Source of the DNA: Eledone cirrhosa
Lineage: Eukaryota
Assembly (NCBI GenBank): GCA_964016885.1
Contig: OZ024756.1
Span: 15,252,001 to 15,316,000, forward strand
DNA length: 64,000 nucleotides
Direction of reading: 5' to 3'
The translations under genes and the position numbers were made by a program. Under the pieces are notes generated by a model that worked only from the letters and a program-made list of their open reading frames with translations, was not told the origin of the DNA and did no database searches. Positions 43,587-51,176 of this stretch are shown here, one piece after another (positions within the stretch are counted from its first letter, which is position 1; the number at the start of each line of letters is the position of its first letter).

Positions 43587-45626
43587 GTAAACACTTTAAA
43601 CAAAACAAATCTATGTCCCAGAATCAGGTGTGGTTTCAGGGGGTTAATCAGAGATATCTACGTATGAATGCAGGAAAATAGTGGACAATAACATAGCAAC
43701 AGTAACAACAGCAACACCACCAACACCACTACCAATAGCAACACCACCAATAGCAACACCATCAACAACAACACCATCAACAACAACACCATCATCATCA
43801 TCAACACAAGCAACAAGCCATCAGCACTAACCTTTGCTTCTTTTGACTGTAGCCAAACATTGAAAAGAATGTCATAAGCTGCAGATATTTCTCTGGCAAA
43901 CATCTGTTTGGAGACACTAGGATCAGGGGCTTTCTCAATGTTAGCAAGATACTCTAGAATTGCTTCACTGAAGTGTTGTAGAACTGAAATAAAGGACATT
44001 GGTTGTAAATGACAACTGGCAGATGTGAAACATAACTAGCAGATATGTTAGCTTATTAAGAGATGCACAGTAAACAGGTATCAAATGAACAACAGATGGA
44101 CAACAGATGAACTGATGTACCATTAATATAACTAGCAGAAAAACCACCCTTCAGGTGATTTTCTGTTTCTGCTAGCATGTGTAGTGTGTATATTGATATT
44201 ATACGCAAGTATATATGCATGTAGATATGATCAAATAAAATCGTAATTGACAATATACACAGAAATTGAACGAAGACTCTGTTACACTGTCTTATGTAAT
44301 CAGTAACGTAATCCATGATACATTAAAAAAAAGACGATATTATATATAAACTGCATTAGGAGAAAATTAGCGACAGAAATATATGAATATTTATTTAAGC
44401 GATCGCTAACCGGAAGTGTTGACATTTGAAAATTTTAAAGAAGTGAATCTTTAAATAAGTAATAAAATATATTTAATGAACAGCCACGAAATTTAGTAGA
44501 TAAATTATATAATATTCATTAATTATTTATTCAAAGTAATCCAACTTATTTTACTAAGGGGATACAAAATTATAAACCGTACACAGTCCCACGCTTCTTA
44601 CTTTATTATAGTTTAGATTCTCAGGGAGACTTCGCCTGACACTATGTAACAAATCTAGACCTTTATATGTACAGTCCATCTGACCAATGTCACAAGGTTT
44701 GGCATTATTTCAAATGTTTATATCTTTACTAGTGGACAGATCGTTTTGAAAATCTGCAGTATTAGAGTAAAGAGTTAATATTTAATGTGATGCTGTTTTG
44801 TACTTTGAGAAAGTCTTGCTAATGTGGTTTCATGCGGTACAGGAAGTTAAGGGATAATTTCACCATGGATACACACAGGTAAGAAAACAGAGGCATCATA
44901 AACCACCTTTTGAACAACAACCCTGAGCACCTTTTTGAATTCCATGTGTCTAACACCCATGGACATGCTTACAAAATCAGAAAACCGCACAGCTGCCATG
45001 ACTTTCAGAAACATTTTGTTACGCTCAAAGTTGCTGAAGCATGGAACAAACTACCTGCATCAGTTGTTAGCTGTCGGGACATGCATCCTCCACCACACAC
45101 ATACACGTGTATGTGTATATCATCACTCATACACTGTTCACTTTCCTGACATTTGCACATTATTCTATGTACTTACACATGCACCTTTGATAACTTGTAG
45201 TGCACCTGAGCTCTGTACGCAATAATTTTCATTATTATTATTCAAAGGGGCAGTGGATTGGCAGTATCGGTAGAGGGTCGGACACCATGATTTGATGCAT
45301 AGAGTTACGACCCTTGCCATTCTGAGTTCAAATCCCCCCGCGGTTAACTTTGCCTTTCATCCTTACGGGGTTGATAAAATAAAGTACCAGTAATACACTG
45401 GGTTATTTGCTGGCCTTGTGCCAAAAGTAGAAACAATTATTATTATTCAAAATAAAACAGCTACTGACCATTACAGAAAACCCATCTCATGTTGTCCTGC
45501 TTGGCCATGCCCATCATGGGGAGAATGGCGCCTAAAGAGGCATTGATGTGGGGCATCATGTCAAACACTGCAATATGAAGATTATATGAAGATGAGAGAG
45601 AGAGAGAAAGAGAGAGAAAGAGAGAT

Positions 45627-45672
<46 letters not shown>

Positions 45673-48600
45673 AGAGAGAAAGAGAGTGAAAGAGAGAAAA
45701 CAGTTATATATGTATATATATAAAGAATAAACATTAACAAGGGTTTAAATTAAATCATTTAATTAATTTAAGACTGTTTCATTAGACTAACAAGAACATT
45801 CCATTGGAGATAGCGAGTTTAGCTTTTACACCTACCCCGCTTCTTCTGATTACTGAAGCTGATGCATTACTGCAGTTAATTCAGCCTCCTGCCTTCCATG
45901 ACTCGTGAACACAGCCCCAAGATACTTGAACTTCTCTACCTGCTTCAGTGGAACTCCACATGTAAAGTGCATTGCGCAGGCTTCCTTGAGATCTCCTAAA
46001 CCCAATCACAACAGCATCTTCTGATGTACACGATGTACATCTGGGAGCAGTGACAAACCTCTCAGAGGTTGAGGTCACAAGAGTAATTAAAGAGCTCAAA
46101 TGTGGCAAGGCTGCTGGGGAATAAGCAATGGCAATCAGGAGTGATAATCCTAATTTTCAAAAATGGAGACCAGAGAGATTGTTCCAATTACAGAGGGATC
46201 TCCTTGTTAAGCCACTTTGGTAAAGTCTATGCTAAGTGTCTGGCAAAGAGATGCAGGGAGATTGTCAAGCCCAAGCTAGCTGATGAACGCAGCACAGCCA
46301 ACCAAATATTCATACTGCAGCAGGTATTTGAGAAATCGTGGGAGCACTGCCAAGCAGTATATTCTTGTTTTTCCAAATTTTTCATTATCTAATTAAAATG
46401 GAGTAATTTTCATTAGAAATTATGGTCAGAAAAGGGTTAAAACTAAACAAATTTGTTATCAAAGAACCTGGGTTCAGCTCTAGATGGTTTCATGTCAAAA
46501 GGATTAACAATAAAAAAAAAACAGGTAATGAGAAGGATAGGGCCTGATGAACAGGTAACGTGAAGAACAAGTAATGAGAAGGGCTCAGTTGAGCAGGTAA
46601 TGAGAAGTGACGTGTCCCTTACCATTGGCAGTGCTGAGATTAGCCATTGTCTGTACAATAAAGAAATGAGGTAAAGCCCCTGGTCTGAAGTTCTGTACCA
46701 ATACCTCCATCACTTCATTACAATATCTGGCCCCTAGAGCCACAAGAACACCACTAGCAGCAGATTGCCATTCTGGAACTATTTCCTGGAAAAGAGACAC
46801 AAATAGGACAAACTGTTTCATTTGTATGGAATCATCAGGAATGATTTCAAACGAATGAAACAGGTCTAGTCCTGTAGAAGTCATTCCTATCTAAAATAAA
46901 TTACACACACAAATACATGGCTTTGTCGTTAGAGCATTGAGCTTGCAATCGAAAGATTGAGTTCAATTCTCAGACCGGGTGATGTGTTGTTTCCTTGAGC
47001 AAGACACTTTATTTCACTTTGCTCCAGTTTACTCAGCTGTAGAAATGAGATGATAGGGACTGAGGTCCCTATCATTCCACTGCAAAGTGGTAGTGTAGGT
47101 GCTACAGCAAAAAAGCACCCAGCCCACACTAAAGTGGATGTGTAGGTGCCATGGAATAAAAGTACCCAGCACTCACTGTAAATGAGGTTGGTGTTAGGAA
47201 GGGCATCCAGCTGTAGAAATCCAGCCAGAATCAGTTTCCGTCCCACCCTTGCAAGCAGGGAAAAGCAGACGTAAAATGATGATGATATCTTTTTTCTCTT
47301 TTTCCCCCTTAACTCCCGAGGGTGTCCTAGGGGCGCTGAAGTGACATATGGTGTTTCCAGGGCATTTTAAAACCTCCTCTCCAGGCCTGAATACAACAGA
47401 TTTCTTCCAGAGAAGGATAGGGAGAGTGAGAGAAATTAGTCCCTGTAAATCAGTCCCTGTAAATCAGTCCCTGTAAATCAGTCCCTCTAAGTCAGTCCCT
47501 TTAAGTCAGTCCCTCTAAGTCAGTCCCTCTAAGACATTCCCTCTAAATCAGTCCCTCTAAGACATTCCCTCTAAATCAGTCCCTCTAAGACATTCCCTCT
47601 AAATCAGTCCCTCTAAGACATTCCCTCTAAATCAGTCCCTCTAAGACATTCCCTCTAAATCAGTCCCTCTAAATCATTCACTATTGATTATAATCCTGCT
47701 CTATAAATATTTCAGTCCCCTGAAATCCTCCATTTCCATGATAAACAGTTAAAGATAGTATGTTACCCTGGAAGTGGTAAGTTCTTTTAATGCTTGGTCA
47801 ATAACATTTGAGGCAAGTTTCATATCCAACACTTCAAGACATTCCTTCAGAATTCTCTCCATACAATTCAAAATAGCCACCCTGTGAGCTGCGGGAAGCT
47901 GAAGAAAACAAAAAAATAATATAATAAACAACAGAGCATGACAAATAACAGCATTTATATTTCAACACTACAAGTTAACCTTTTCATTACTATATTTCTA
48001 ATGAAAGACACTGTCTATGTCATTAACCCTTTCATTACCATATTTCTAATGAAAGACACTTTCTATGTCATTAACCCTTTTATTACCACATTTCTAATGA
48101 AAGACACTTTCTATGTCATTAACCCTTTCATTACCATATTTCTAATGAAAGACACTGCCTATGTCATTAACCCTTTTATTACCATATTTCTAATGAAAGA
48201 CACTGTCTATGTCATTAACCCTTTCATTACCATATTTCTAATGAAAGACCCTGTCTATGTCATTAACCCTTTCATTACCATATTTCTAATGAAAGACACT
48301 TTCTATGTCATTAACCCTTTCATTGCCATATTTCTAATGAAAGACACTGCCTATGTCATTAACCCTTTCATTACCATATTTCTTATGAAAGACACTTTCT
48401 GTCATTAACCCTTTCATTACCATATTTCTAATGAAAGAGACTGCTTATGTCATTAACCCTTTCATTACCATATTTCTTATGAAAGACACTTTCTATGTCA
48501 TTAACCCTTTCATTACCATATTTCTAATGAGAGACACTGTCTATGTCATTAACCCTTTCATTACCATATTTCTAATGAAAGGCCCTGACTATATTATTAA

Positions 48601-49207
48601 CCCTTTCATACCATATTTCTAATAAAAGTCACTGATGATCAAACTCAACCAAAGGAACAAGGTTTCCATTGGTCTTTTTGATCTTTCCATTACTGATACT
48701 GTCTGCCAATTAAAACTCCTGGCAGAAGAAAGGAAATGAGTTGATCATCAGATCGAACCATAGAAACTATGTTTCTACTATTTTTCCCGTTGTTGATGCC
48801 ATCTTCCAGTCATAATTCATGGTAGAAGGACCCAATCGTCAGATCAGATCAAGAAAACTGTTTTCATTGCTGATAGTATCTGTCTGTCAGGTACAGTGCT
48901 TGTCAGAAGAAGGAAAAGGAATGAATCAGCAAATGAGACCAAGGAAACTATGTTTCCATTGCTCATAGCATCTGTCAGTTATAACTCGTGGATGGGAGGT
49001 CGTTAGTCATAGCTCTATTCAGTCAAGTCTGACCTAGGGCTAAACAGCACTAATAACTTACCTTTGAATTCTTCTTCAGGTAGTAATATGTGGAGCTGAT
49101 GACGAGATCAGTTTTCTTCTTCCCCAGCTCCACCAGTGAATCACGAATCAAACCTTCAGCAAGTTCATCTTTATCACACAAAGAATCAATCAGAGCAAAC
49201 ACCAGAT
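110..49207 (-). CDS. MROH1: MROH1/HEATR7A orthologue, partial: 22 exons, about 839 aa, lacking the start exon and the C-terminal half
   Basis: Exon phases chain without a break across 22 exons. The peptide is collinear with human MROH1 as I recall it (e.g. [71 protein letters not shown]). Confidence 0.93.
207..1305. repeat. (CAT)n then (CAC)n-derived compound micro/minisatellite
   Basis: catcat runs followed by units like ccatccacccttcaccaccacca. Confidence 0.95.
1326..1448 (-). CDS. MROH1: MROH1 exon U
   Basis: TTCCAG|...CAG|GTAGGG; [17 protein letters not shown]...SDILAHLQ; 123 nt. Confidence 0.9.
1517..2390. repeat. (TA)n / AT-only low-complexity tract
   Basis: Almost exclusively A and T. 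Confidence 0.97.
2624..2664 (+). ncRNA. Hammerhead ribozyme-like motif (minimal type I, degenerate)
   Basis: tca-CTGAAGA-g-GTCACA gaatg TGTGAC-GAAA-gaac-TT-tga: core boxes, 6-bp stem II, 3-bp stem I. Confidence 0.6.
2910..3221. mobile_element. Fold-back element with ~145-bp inverted arms, each carrying a hammerhead-like motif; probably Penelope-derived
   Basis: acaatgcaggtatgg...ggggttaatccagtg is mirrored by cactggattaacccc...ccatacctgcattgt; CTGAAGA-a-GAGAT att ATATC-GAAA-AT-TA-agg at 3102-3133. Confidence 0.7.
3420..3462 (+). ncRNA. Minimal type I hammerhead ribozyme
   Basis: acgttg-CTGACGA-tAGCT aata AGCTt-GAAA-CTAG-TA-cagcgt: 6-bp stem I (one G.U), palindromic ACTAGT stem III, GUA cleavage triplet. 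Confidence 0.8.
3772..4190 (+). mobile_element. tRNA-derived SINE family 2 (CORE-like body, (ATG)n tail); head duplicated around a GA microsatellite
   Basis: A box tggcttagtgg, B box gagttcaattc, ccttgagcaagatactt core; near-identical copies at 14131, 16415, 37157 and 46913. Confidence 0.88.
4326..4520 (-). mobile_element. 3' end of an RTE-clade LINE (C-terminal zinc-finger remnant)
   Basis: [17 protein letters not shown] followed by a short 3' UTR ending in (TA)n. Confidence 0.6.
4750..5790. repeat. 27-29-bp minisatellite
   Basis: catcatatatgcaca(ta)aatacacacaca units. Confidence 0.97.
5864..6013 (-). CDS. MROH1: MROH1 exon T
   Basis: TTCCAG|...AAG|GTAAGT; [21 protein letters not shown]...FFTNPK; 150 nt. 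Confidence 0.94.
6022..6680. repeat. GA-rich 14-18-bp tandem repeats next to the exon T acceptor
   Basis: gagagagaaagggtgagc and ggtggtagagagag units. Confidence 0.95.
6787..6840 (-). ncRNA. Hammerhead-like motif (degenerate stems I and III)
   Basis: CTGATGA-a-TGAAGACAT attt ATGTCTTCA-a-GAAA-ccac-TT. Confidence 0.55.
7111..7160 (-). ncRNA. Hammerhead-like motif (degenerate)
   Basis: ttat-CTGATGA-AAG...caaaattttg...CTT-GAAA-tac-TT-ataa. Confidence 0.55.
8308..8495 (+). mobile_element. tRNA-derived SINE family 1 (Meta-domain-like body) with 19-bp TSD
   Basis: B box gagttcaaatcc; gcctttcatccttacggggtcgataaaataaagtaccag; TSD gttattaattatattatta on both sides. Confidence 0.9.
9570..10410 (+). 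mobile_element. RTE-clade LINE fragment (RT C-terminus with PHD-like Cys-rich insert)
   Basis: [21 protein letters not shown]...[12 protein letters not shown]...[24 protein letters not shown]. Confidence 0.85.
10469..10591 (-). CDS. MROH1: MROH1 exon S (probable GC donor)
   Basis: TTCTAG|[15 protein letters not shown]...[11 protein letters not shown]|GCATGT; 123 nt; 3' boundary inferred from reading frame and homology. Confidence 0.85.
11160..11320. mobile_element. Fold-back element with a decayed hammerhead-like motif in each arm
   Basis: ctttaccagtttc...gagatggagggtttg is mirrored by caaacccttccatctc...gaaaccggtaaag. Confidence 0.55.
11552..11671 (-). CDS. MROH1: MROH1 exon R
   Basis: TTTTAG|...GAA|GTAAGT; [40 protein letters not shown]; 120 nt. 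Confidence 0.93.
12181..12400 (-). mobile_element. piggyBac-like MITE family A, unexpanded copy
   Basis: Ends aatgctaaagggTTAA; body homologous to the copies at 18555, 18961, 29653, 34095 and 40743. Confidence 0.75.
13275..13382 (-). CDS. MROH1: MROH1 exon Q
   Basis: TTACAG|...AAG|GTAACT; [19 protein letters not shown]...NLPNEK; 108 nt. Confidence 0.9.
13690..14060. repeat. GA-rich microsatellite inside an inverted duplication
   Basis: gagagc/gagagt/gagagaaagagt runs. Confidence 0.9.
14131..14472 (-). mobile_element. SINE family 2
   Basis: Reverse complement of 3843-4190. Confidence 0.9.
14602..15442 (+). mobile_element. RTE (BovB-like) LINE 3' fragment with an internal deletion
   Basis: [44 protein letters not shown], (TGA)n tail. 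Confidence 0.88.
15738..15796 (-). CDS. MROH1: MROH1 exon P
   Basis: TTCCAG|...AAG|GTAAAC; (A)[19 protein letters not shown]; 59 nt. Confidence 0.9.
15912..16086. mobile_element. Tc1/mariner (Tc2/pogo-like) MITE
   Basis: TIRs ta-ccgtttatactcgaatataagccaa / ttggcttatatttgagtatatctgg. Confidence 0.6.
16415..16757 (-). mobile_element. SINE family 2
   Basis: Full-length copy, tail to head. Confidence 0.9.
17095..17265. repeat. Hairpin-headed repeat, homologous (inverted) to 63398-63590
   Basis: Perfect palindrome tttcgacggctatttctggactaaa/tttagtccagaaatagccgtcgaaa. Confidence 0.75.
17890..18072 (+). mobile_element. SINE family 1
   Basis: gtggattggcagtatcgg...gtggaaac. Confidence 0.88.
18555..18768 (+). 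mobile_element. piggyBac-like MITE family A, unexpanded copy
   Basis: TTAAccctttagcat left terminus; ~210-bp body. Confidence 0.75.
18961..21517 (+). repeat. MITE family A copy with an internal 43-44-bp minisatellite (~55 units, 19077-21500)
   Basis: gagattattctggccagatatggccggtttaaacagaaagaggg units, closed by aatgctaaagggTTAA. Confidence 0.93.
21546..21687 (-). CDS. MROH1: MROH1 exon O
   Basis: TTAAAG|...G|GTTGGT; [21 protein letters not shown]...[13 protein letters not shown]; 142 nt. Confidence 0.9.
21773..22172 (-). mobile_element. Two tandem SINE family 1 copies
   Basis: ggcacaaggccagcaat...ggatgaaaggcaaag...ggatttgaactc...actgccaat occurs twice. Confidence 0.88.
22261..23280. repeat. 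29-bp GC-rich minisatellite (~35 units)
   Basis: gYgccgacaggcgctgagaagggcattat. Confidence 0.97.
23550..23941 (-). mobile_element. Two tandem SINE family 1 copies
   Basis: Same motifs as 21773-22172. Confidence 0.88.
23989..24029 (-). CDS. MROH1: MROH1 exon N (41-nt mini-exon)
   Basis: TTACAG|...TTT|GTAAGT; (A)[13 protein letters not shown]; its phases bridge exons M and O. Confidence 0.88.
24951..25777 (+). repeat. piggyBac-like MITE family B with a 48-bp left-terminal array (24951-25480)
   Basis: TTAAccctttcattaccatatttctaatgaaagacactgcctatgtca units; right end ggtatcaagagggTTAA. Confidence 0.85.
25986..26130 (-). CDS. MROH1: MROH1 exon M
   Basis: TATAAG|...G|GTCAGT; [11 protein letters not shown]...[12 protein letters not shown]...FEKQ; 145 nt. 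Confidence 0.92.
26328..26665. repeat. 18-bp GA-rich tandem repeat
   Basis: gagttagagagtgagagc. Confidence 0.96.
26793..26897 (-). CDS. MROH1: MROH1 exon L
   Basis: CTTCAG|...CCA|GTAAGT; [35 protein letters not shown]; 105 nt. Confidence 0.9.
26976..28178. repeat. 28-bp minisatellite (~43 units) filling most of intron K-L
   Basis: gactagagtgcaYgggagttaaa(ctctt/acccg/accag). Confidence 0.97.
28209..28337 (-). CDS. MROH1: MROH1 exon K
   Basis: TCTCAG|...ATG|GTAACA; [23 protein letters not shown]...[11 protein letters not shown]; 129 nt. Confidence 0.92.
28380..29160. repeat. G-rich pentamer-derived low-complexity tract
   Basis: ggtgagatgaggtggggtgt units. Confidence 0.9.
29653..31076 (+). 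repeat. MITE family A copy with an internal 72-bp minisatellite (~17 units)
   Basis: TTAAccctttagcattc...72-bp units...ctaaagggTTAA. Confidence 0.92.
31361..33620. repeat. 20-bp minisatellite (~113 units)
   Basis: tg(gc/at/ac)accattggtggtacag in strict 20-bp register. Confidence 0.98.
33843..33916 (-). CDS. MROH1: MROH1 exon J
   Basis: GCCCAG|...AAG|GTCAGT; (G)[24 protein letters not shown]; 74 nt. Confidence 0.88.
34278..34822. repeat. 77-bp minisatellite (~7 units)
   Basis: ggggtttaagggggatgtcacccctgtatgggaagaggctgaccagggaagttataaagggccaactgtaagg. Confidence 0.93.
34856..34969 (-). CDS. MROH1: MROH1 exon I
   Basis: TTTCAG|...G|GTAAGT; (S)[37 protein letters not shown]; 114 nt. Confidence 0.92.
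35020..35815. repeat. (GGT)n-derived microsatellite filling intron H-I
   Basis: ggtggtggcagtgat units. Confidence 0.95.
35837..35915 (-). CDS. MROH1: MROH1 exon H
   Basis: CTGTAG|...T|GTAAGT; [26 protein letters not shown]; 79 nt. Confidence 0.92.
35935..36655. repeat. ~45-bp AC/AT-rich minisatellite
   Basis: gacagataaagtatatatagacatacatatatacatacacacaaa. Confidence 0.95.
36690..39912 (-). mobile_element. Near full-length decayed RTE-clade LINE (APE endonuclease plus RT) with a SINE inserted
   Basis: [99 protein letters not shown]; many frameshifts. Confidence 0.93.
37157..37503 (-). mobile_element. SINE family 2 nested in the RTE
   Basis: Splits the RTE frame between TQFHKH and IKLNAFQQKCLR. 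Confidence 0.9.
40247..40457 (-). mobile_element. SINE family 1
   Basis: Ends in gccaatccaccgccct; other decayed copies near 40018, 41778 and 41990. Confidence 0.85.
40743..40968 (-). mobile_element. piggyBac-like MITE family A copy
   Basis: Ends gtaaatgctaaaaggTTAA. Confidence 0.7.
41036..41128 (-). CDS. MROH1: MROH1 exon G
   Basis: TTCCAG|...CAG|GTGAGT; [31 protein letters not shown]; 93 nt. Confidence 0.9.
42217..42357 (-). CDS. MROH1: MROH1 exon F
   Basis: TTCCAG|...CAA|GTAAGT; [16 protein letters not shown]...[13 protein letters not shown]; 141 nt. Confidence 0.94.
42361..42900. repeat. Minisatellite derived from the exon F acceptor junction
   Basis: Repeated ctatcacagcaagtcacaactggaa versus exon boundary ctatcacagcaagtcgcaactggaa. 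Confidence 0.85.
43832..43983 (-). CDS. MROH1: MROH1 exon E
   Basis: TTTCAG|...AAG|GTTAGT; (V)[21 protein letters not shown]...WLQSKEAK; 152 nt. Confidence 0.94.
44132..44617 (-). mobile_element. Non-autonomous Helitron
   Basis: On the minus strand A|TC start, subterminal hairpin and CTAG|T end; second copy at 61475-62217. Confidence 0.8.
44905..45240 (+). mobile_element. CR1/L2-type LINE 3' end
   Basis: HGHAYKI...[21 protein letters not shown] followed by a UTR and (ATT)n tail. Confidence 0.8.
45247..45434 (+). mobile_element. SINE family 1 with 16-bp TSD
   Basis: TSD attattattattcaaa at 45231-45246 and 45436-45451. Confidence 0.9.
45469..45567 (-). CDS. MROH1: MROH1 exon D
   Basis: TTGCAG|...G|GTCAGT; (V)[32 protein letters not shown]; 99 nt. 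Confidence 0.9.
46030..46372 (+). mobile_element. RTE-clade RT fragment
   Basis: [47 protein letters not shown]. Confidence 0.85.
46623..46785 (-). CDS. MROH1: MROH1 exon C
   Basis: TTCCAG|...G|GTAAGG; [18 protein letters not shown]...MANLSTAN; 163 nt. Confidence 0.93.
46913..47286 (+). mobile_element. SINE family 2
   Basis: Same head, core and tail, with a short internal duplication. Confidence 0.88.
47440..47675. repeat. 14/28-bp tandem repeat
   Basis: cagtccctctaaat / cattccctctaaga. Confidence 0.93.
47767..47898 (-). CDS. MROH1: MROH1 exon B
   Basis: CTTCAG|...AGG|GTAACA; [17 protein letters not shown]...KELTTSR; 132 nt. Confidence 0.9.
47974..48623 (+). repeat. 48-bp array of the MITE family B left terminus (~13 units)
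   Basis: Same unit as 24951-25480. Confidence 0.92.
49062..49207 (-). CDS. MROH1: MROH1 exon A (first visible coding exon)
   Basis: TTTCAG|AT CTG...AAG|GTAAGT; [48 protein letters not shown]; 146 nt, phase 1 to 0. Confidence 0.9.
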
Positions 49208-49659
49208 CTGAAATCAAAAGGATCACAGATCAAGTTAGGTTCTCACAATTGATGAGAATGACAGTAGTGGTGGTGGTAGTGGTGGTGGTGGTGGTGGTGG
49301 TGGTGGTGGTAGTGGTAGTGGTAGTGGTGGTGGTAGTGGTGGTGGTAGTGGTAGTGGTGGTGGTAGTGGTGGTGGTAGTGGTGGTAGTGGTGGTGTTGCG
49401 GTAGTGGTGGTGGTGGTAGTGGTGGTGGCGAATGTGCCATTTATTTTACCAAACATTCAATCATTTCATTAATTATGTGTGAACATATAAGTGGCTGAGT
49501 ATTCCACAGAAACATCCCCTCATAACAGCTTTATGCAATATATGACAAGAGTGTCCTTTTCAATTCCAGGTACAGTCCATCTTGTATCAAAGTATCAGTG
49601 GTTGAGTACTTCACATACCTGTATATACTCTCATTTAGAATGGCATAGTGTGTCTCCTA

Positions 49660-50836
49660 GTCAACAGTCTATAGACCAAGTCTATCCTCCAGTCAACAGT
49701 CTATAGACCAAGTCTATCCTCCAGTCAACAGTCTATAGACCAAGTCTATCCTCCAGTCAACAGTCTATAGACCAAGTCTATCTCCCAGGCAACAGTCTAC
49801 AAACCAAGTCTATCCTCCAGTCAACAGTCTATAGACCAAGTCTATCTTCCAGTCAACAGTCTATAGACCAAGTCTATCTTCCAGTCAACAGTCTATAGAC
49901 CAAGTCTATCCTCCAGTCAACAGTCTATAGACCAAGTCTATCTCCCAGGCAACAGTCTATAGACCAAGTCTATCCCCCAGTCAACAGTCTATAGACCAAG
50001 TCTATCCCCCAGTCAACAGTCTATAGACCAAGTCTATCCCCCAGTCAACAGTCTATAGACCAAGTCTATCCCCCAGTCAACAGTCTATAGATCAAGTCTA
50101 TCCCCCAGTCAACAGTCTATAGATCAAGTCTATCCCCCAGTCAACAGTCTATAGACCAAGTCTATCCCCCAGTCAACAGTCTATAGACCAAGTCTATCCC
50201 CCAGTCAACAGTCTATAGATCAAGTCTATCCCCCAGTCAACAGTCTACAAACCAAGTCTATCCCCCAGTCAACAGTCTATAGACCAAGTCTATCTCCCAG
50301 GCAACATTCTATAGACCAAGTCTATCTCCCAGGCAACAGTCTACAAACCAAGTTTATCCCCCAGTCAACAGTCTATAGACCAAGTCTATCTCCCAGGCAA
50401 CATTCTATAGACCAAGTCTATCTCCCAGGCAACAGTCTACAAACCAAGTTTATCCCCCAGTCAACAGTCTATAGACCAAGTCTATCCCCCAGTCAACAGT
50501 CTATAGACCAAGTCTATCTCCCAGGCAACAGTCTACAAACCAAGTTTATCCCTCAGTCAGTCTATAGACCAAGTCTATCCCCCAGTCAACAGTCTGTAGA
50601 TCAAGTCTATCTCCCAGTCTATGCTCCAGTCAACAGTCTATAGACCAAGTCTATCTCTCAGTCAACAGTCTACAAACCCAGTCTATCCCCCAGTCAACAG
50701 TCTATAGACCAAGTCTATCTCCCAGTCAACAGTCTACAAACCCAGTCTATCGCCCAGTCAACAGTCTATAGACCAAGTCTATCTCCCAGTCAACAGTCTA
50801 CAAACCAAGTCTATCTCCCAGTCAACAGTCTATAGC
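49660..50836. repeat. 32-bp minisatellite (~36 units)
   Basis: cagtcaacagtctatagaccaagtctatcccc. Confidence 0.97.
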
Positions 50837-51176
50837 CAGCTGAAGTCATGTGTCTTACTCAAGAACACAGCGTACTGCCAGGAAGTGAACTAATGACTTT
50901 ATGATTAGGAACCAAACACCCTAACCCCTAAGCCATGTTCTTTCATTACACGCATGCACATATATACACACACTTTCTCACCTCTTGTGTGAAGCCTATC
51001 TTTCTCTAACTGTACACCTCTTTTATCATTTGTGATAAAGGTAAATCTCAAGTCCAGATTATTATTGAAAATCTTGAGATATGTGAGTAATAATCTAGAC
51101 TTTGATTCTTTGACTATCAGCTTCTGAAATCTGTTAGTCATCATACATTTACAGAAAATTGAGCTAAAAACAGACA

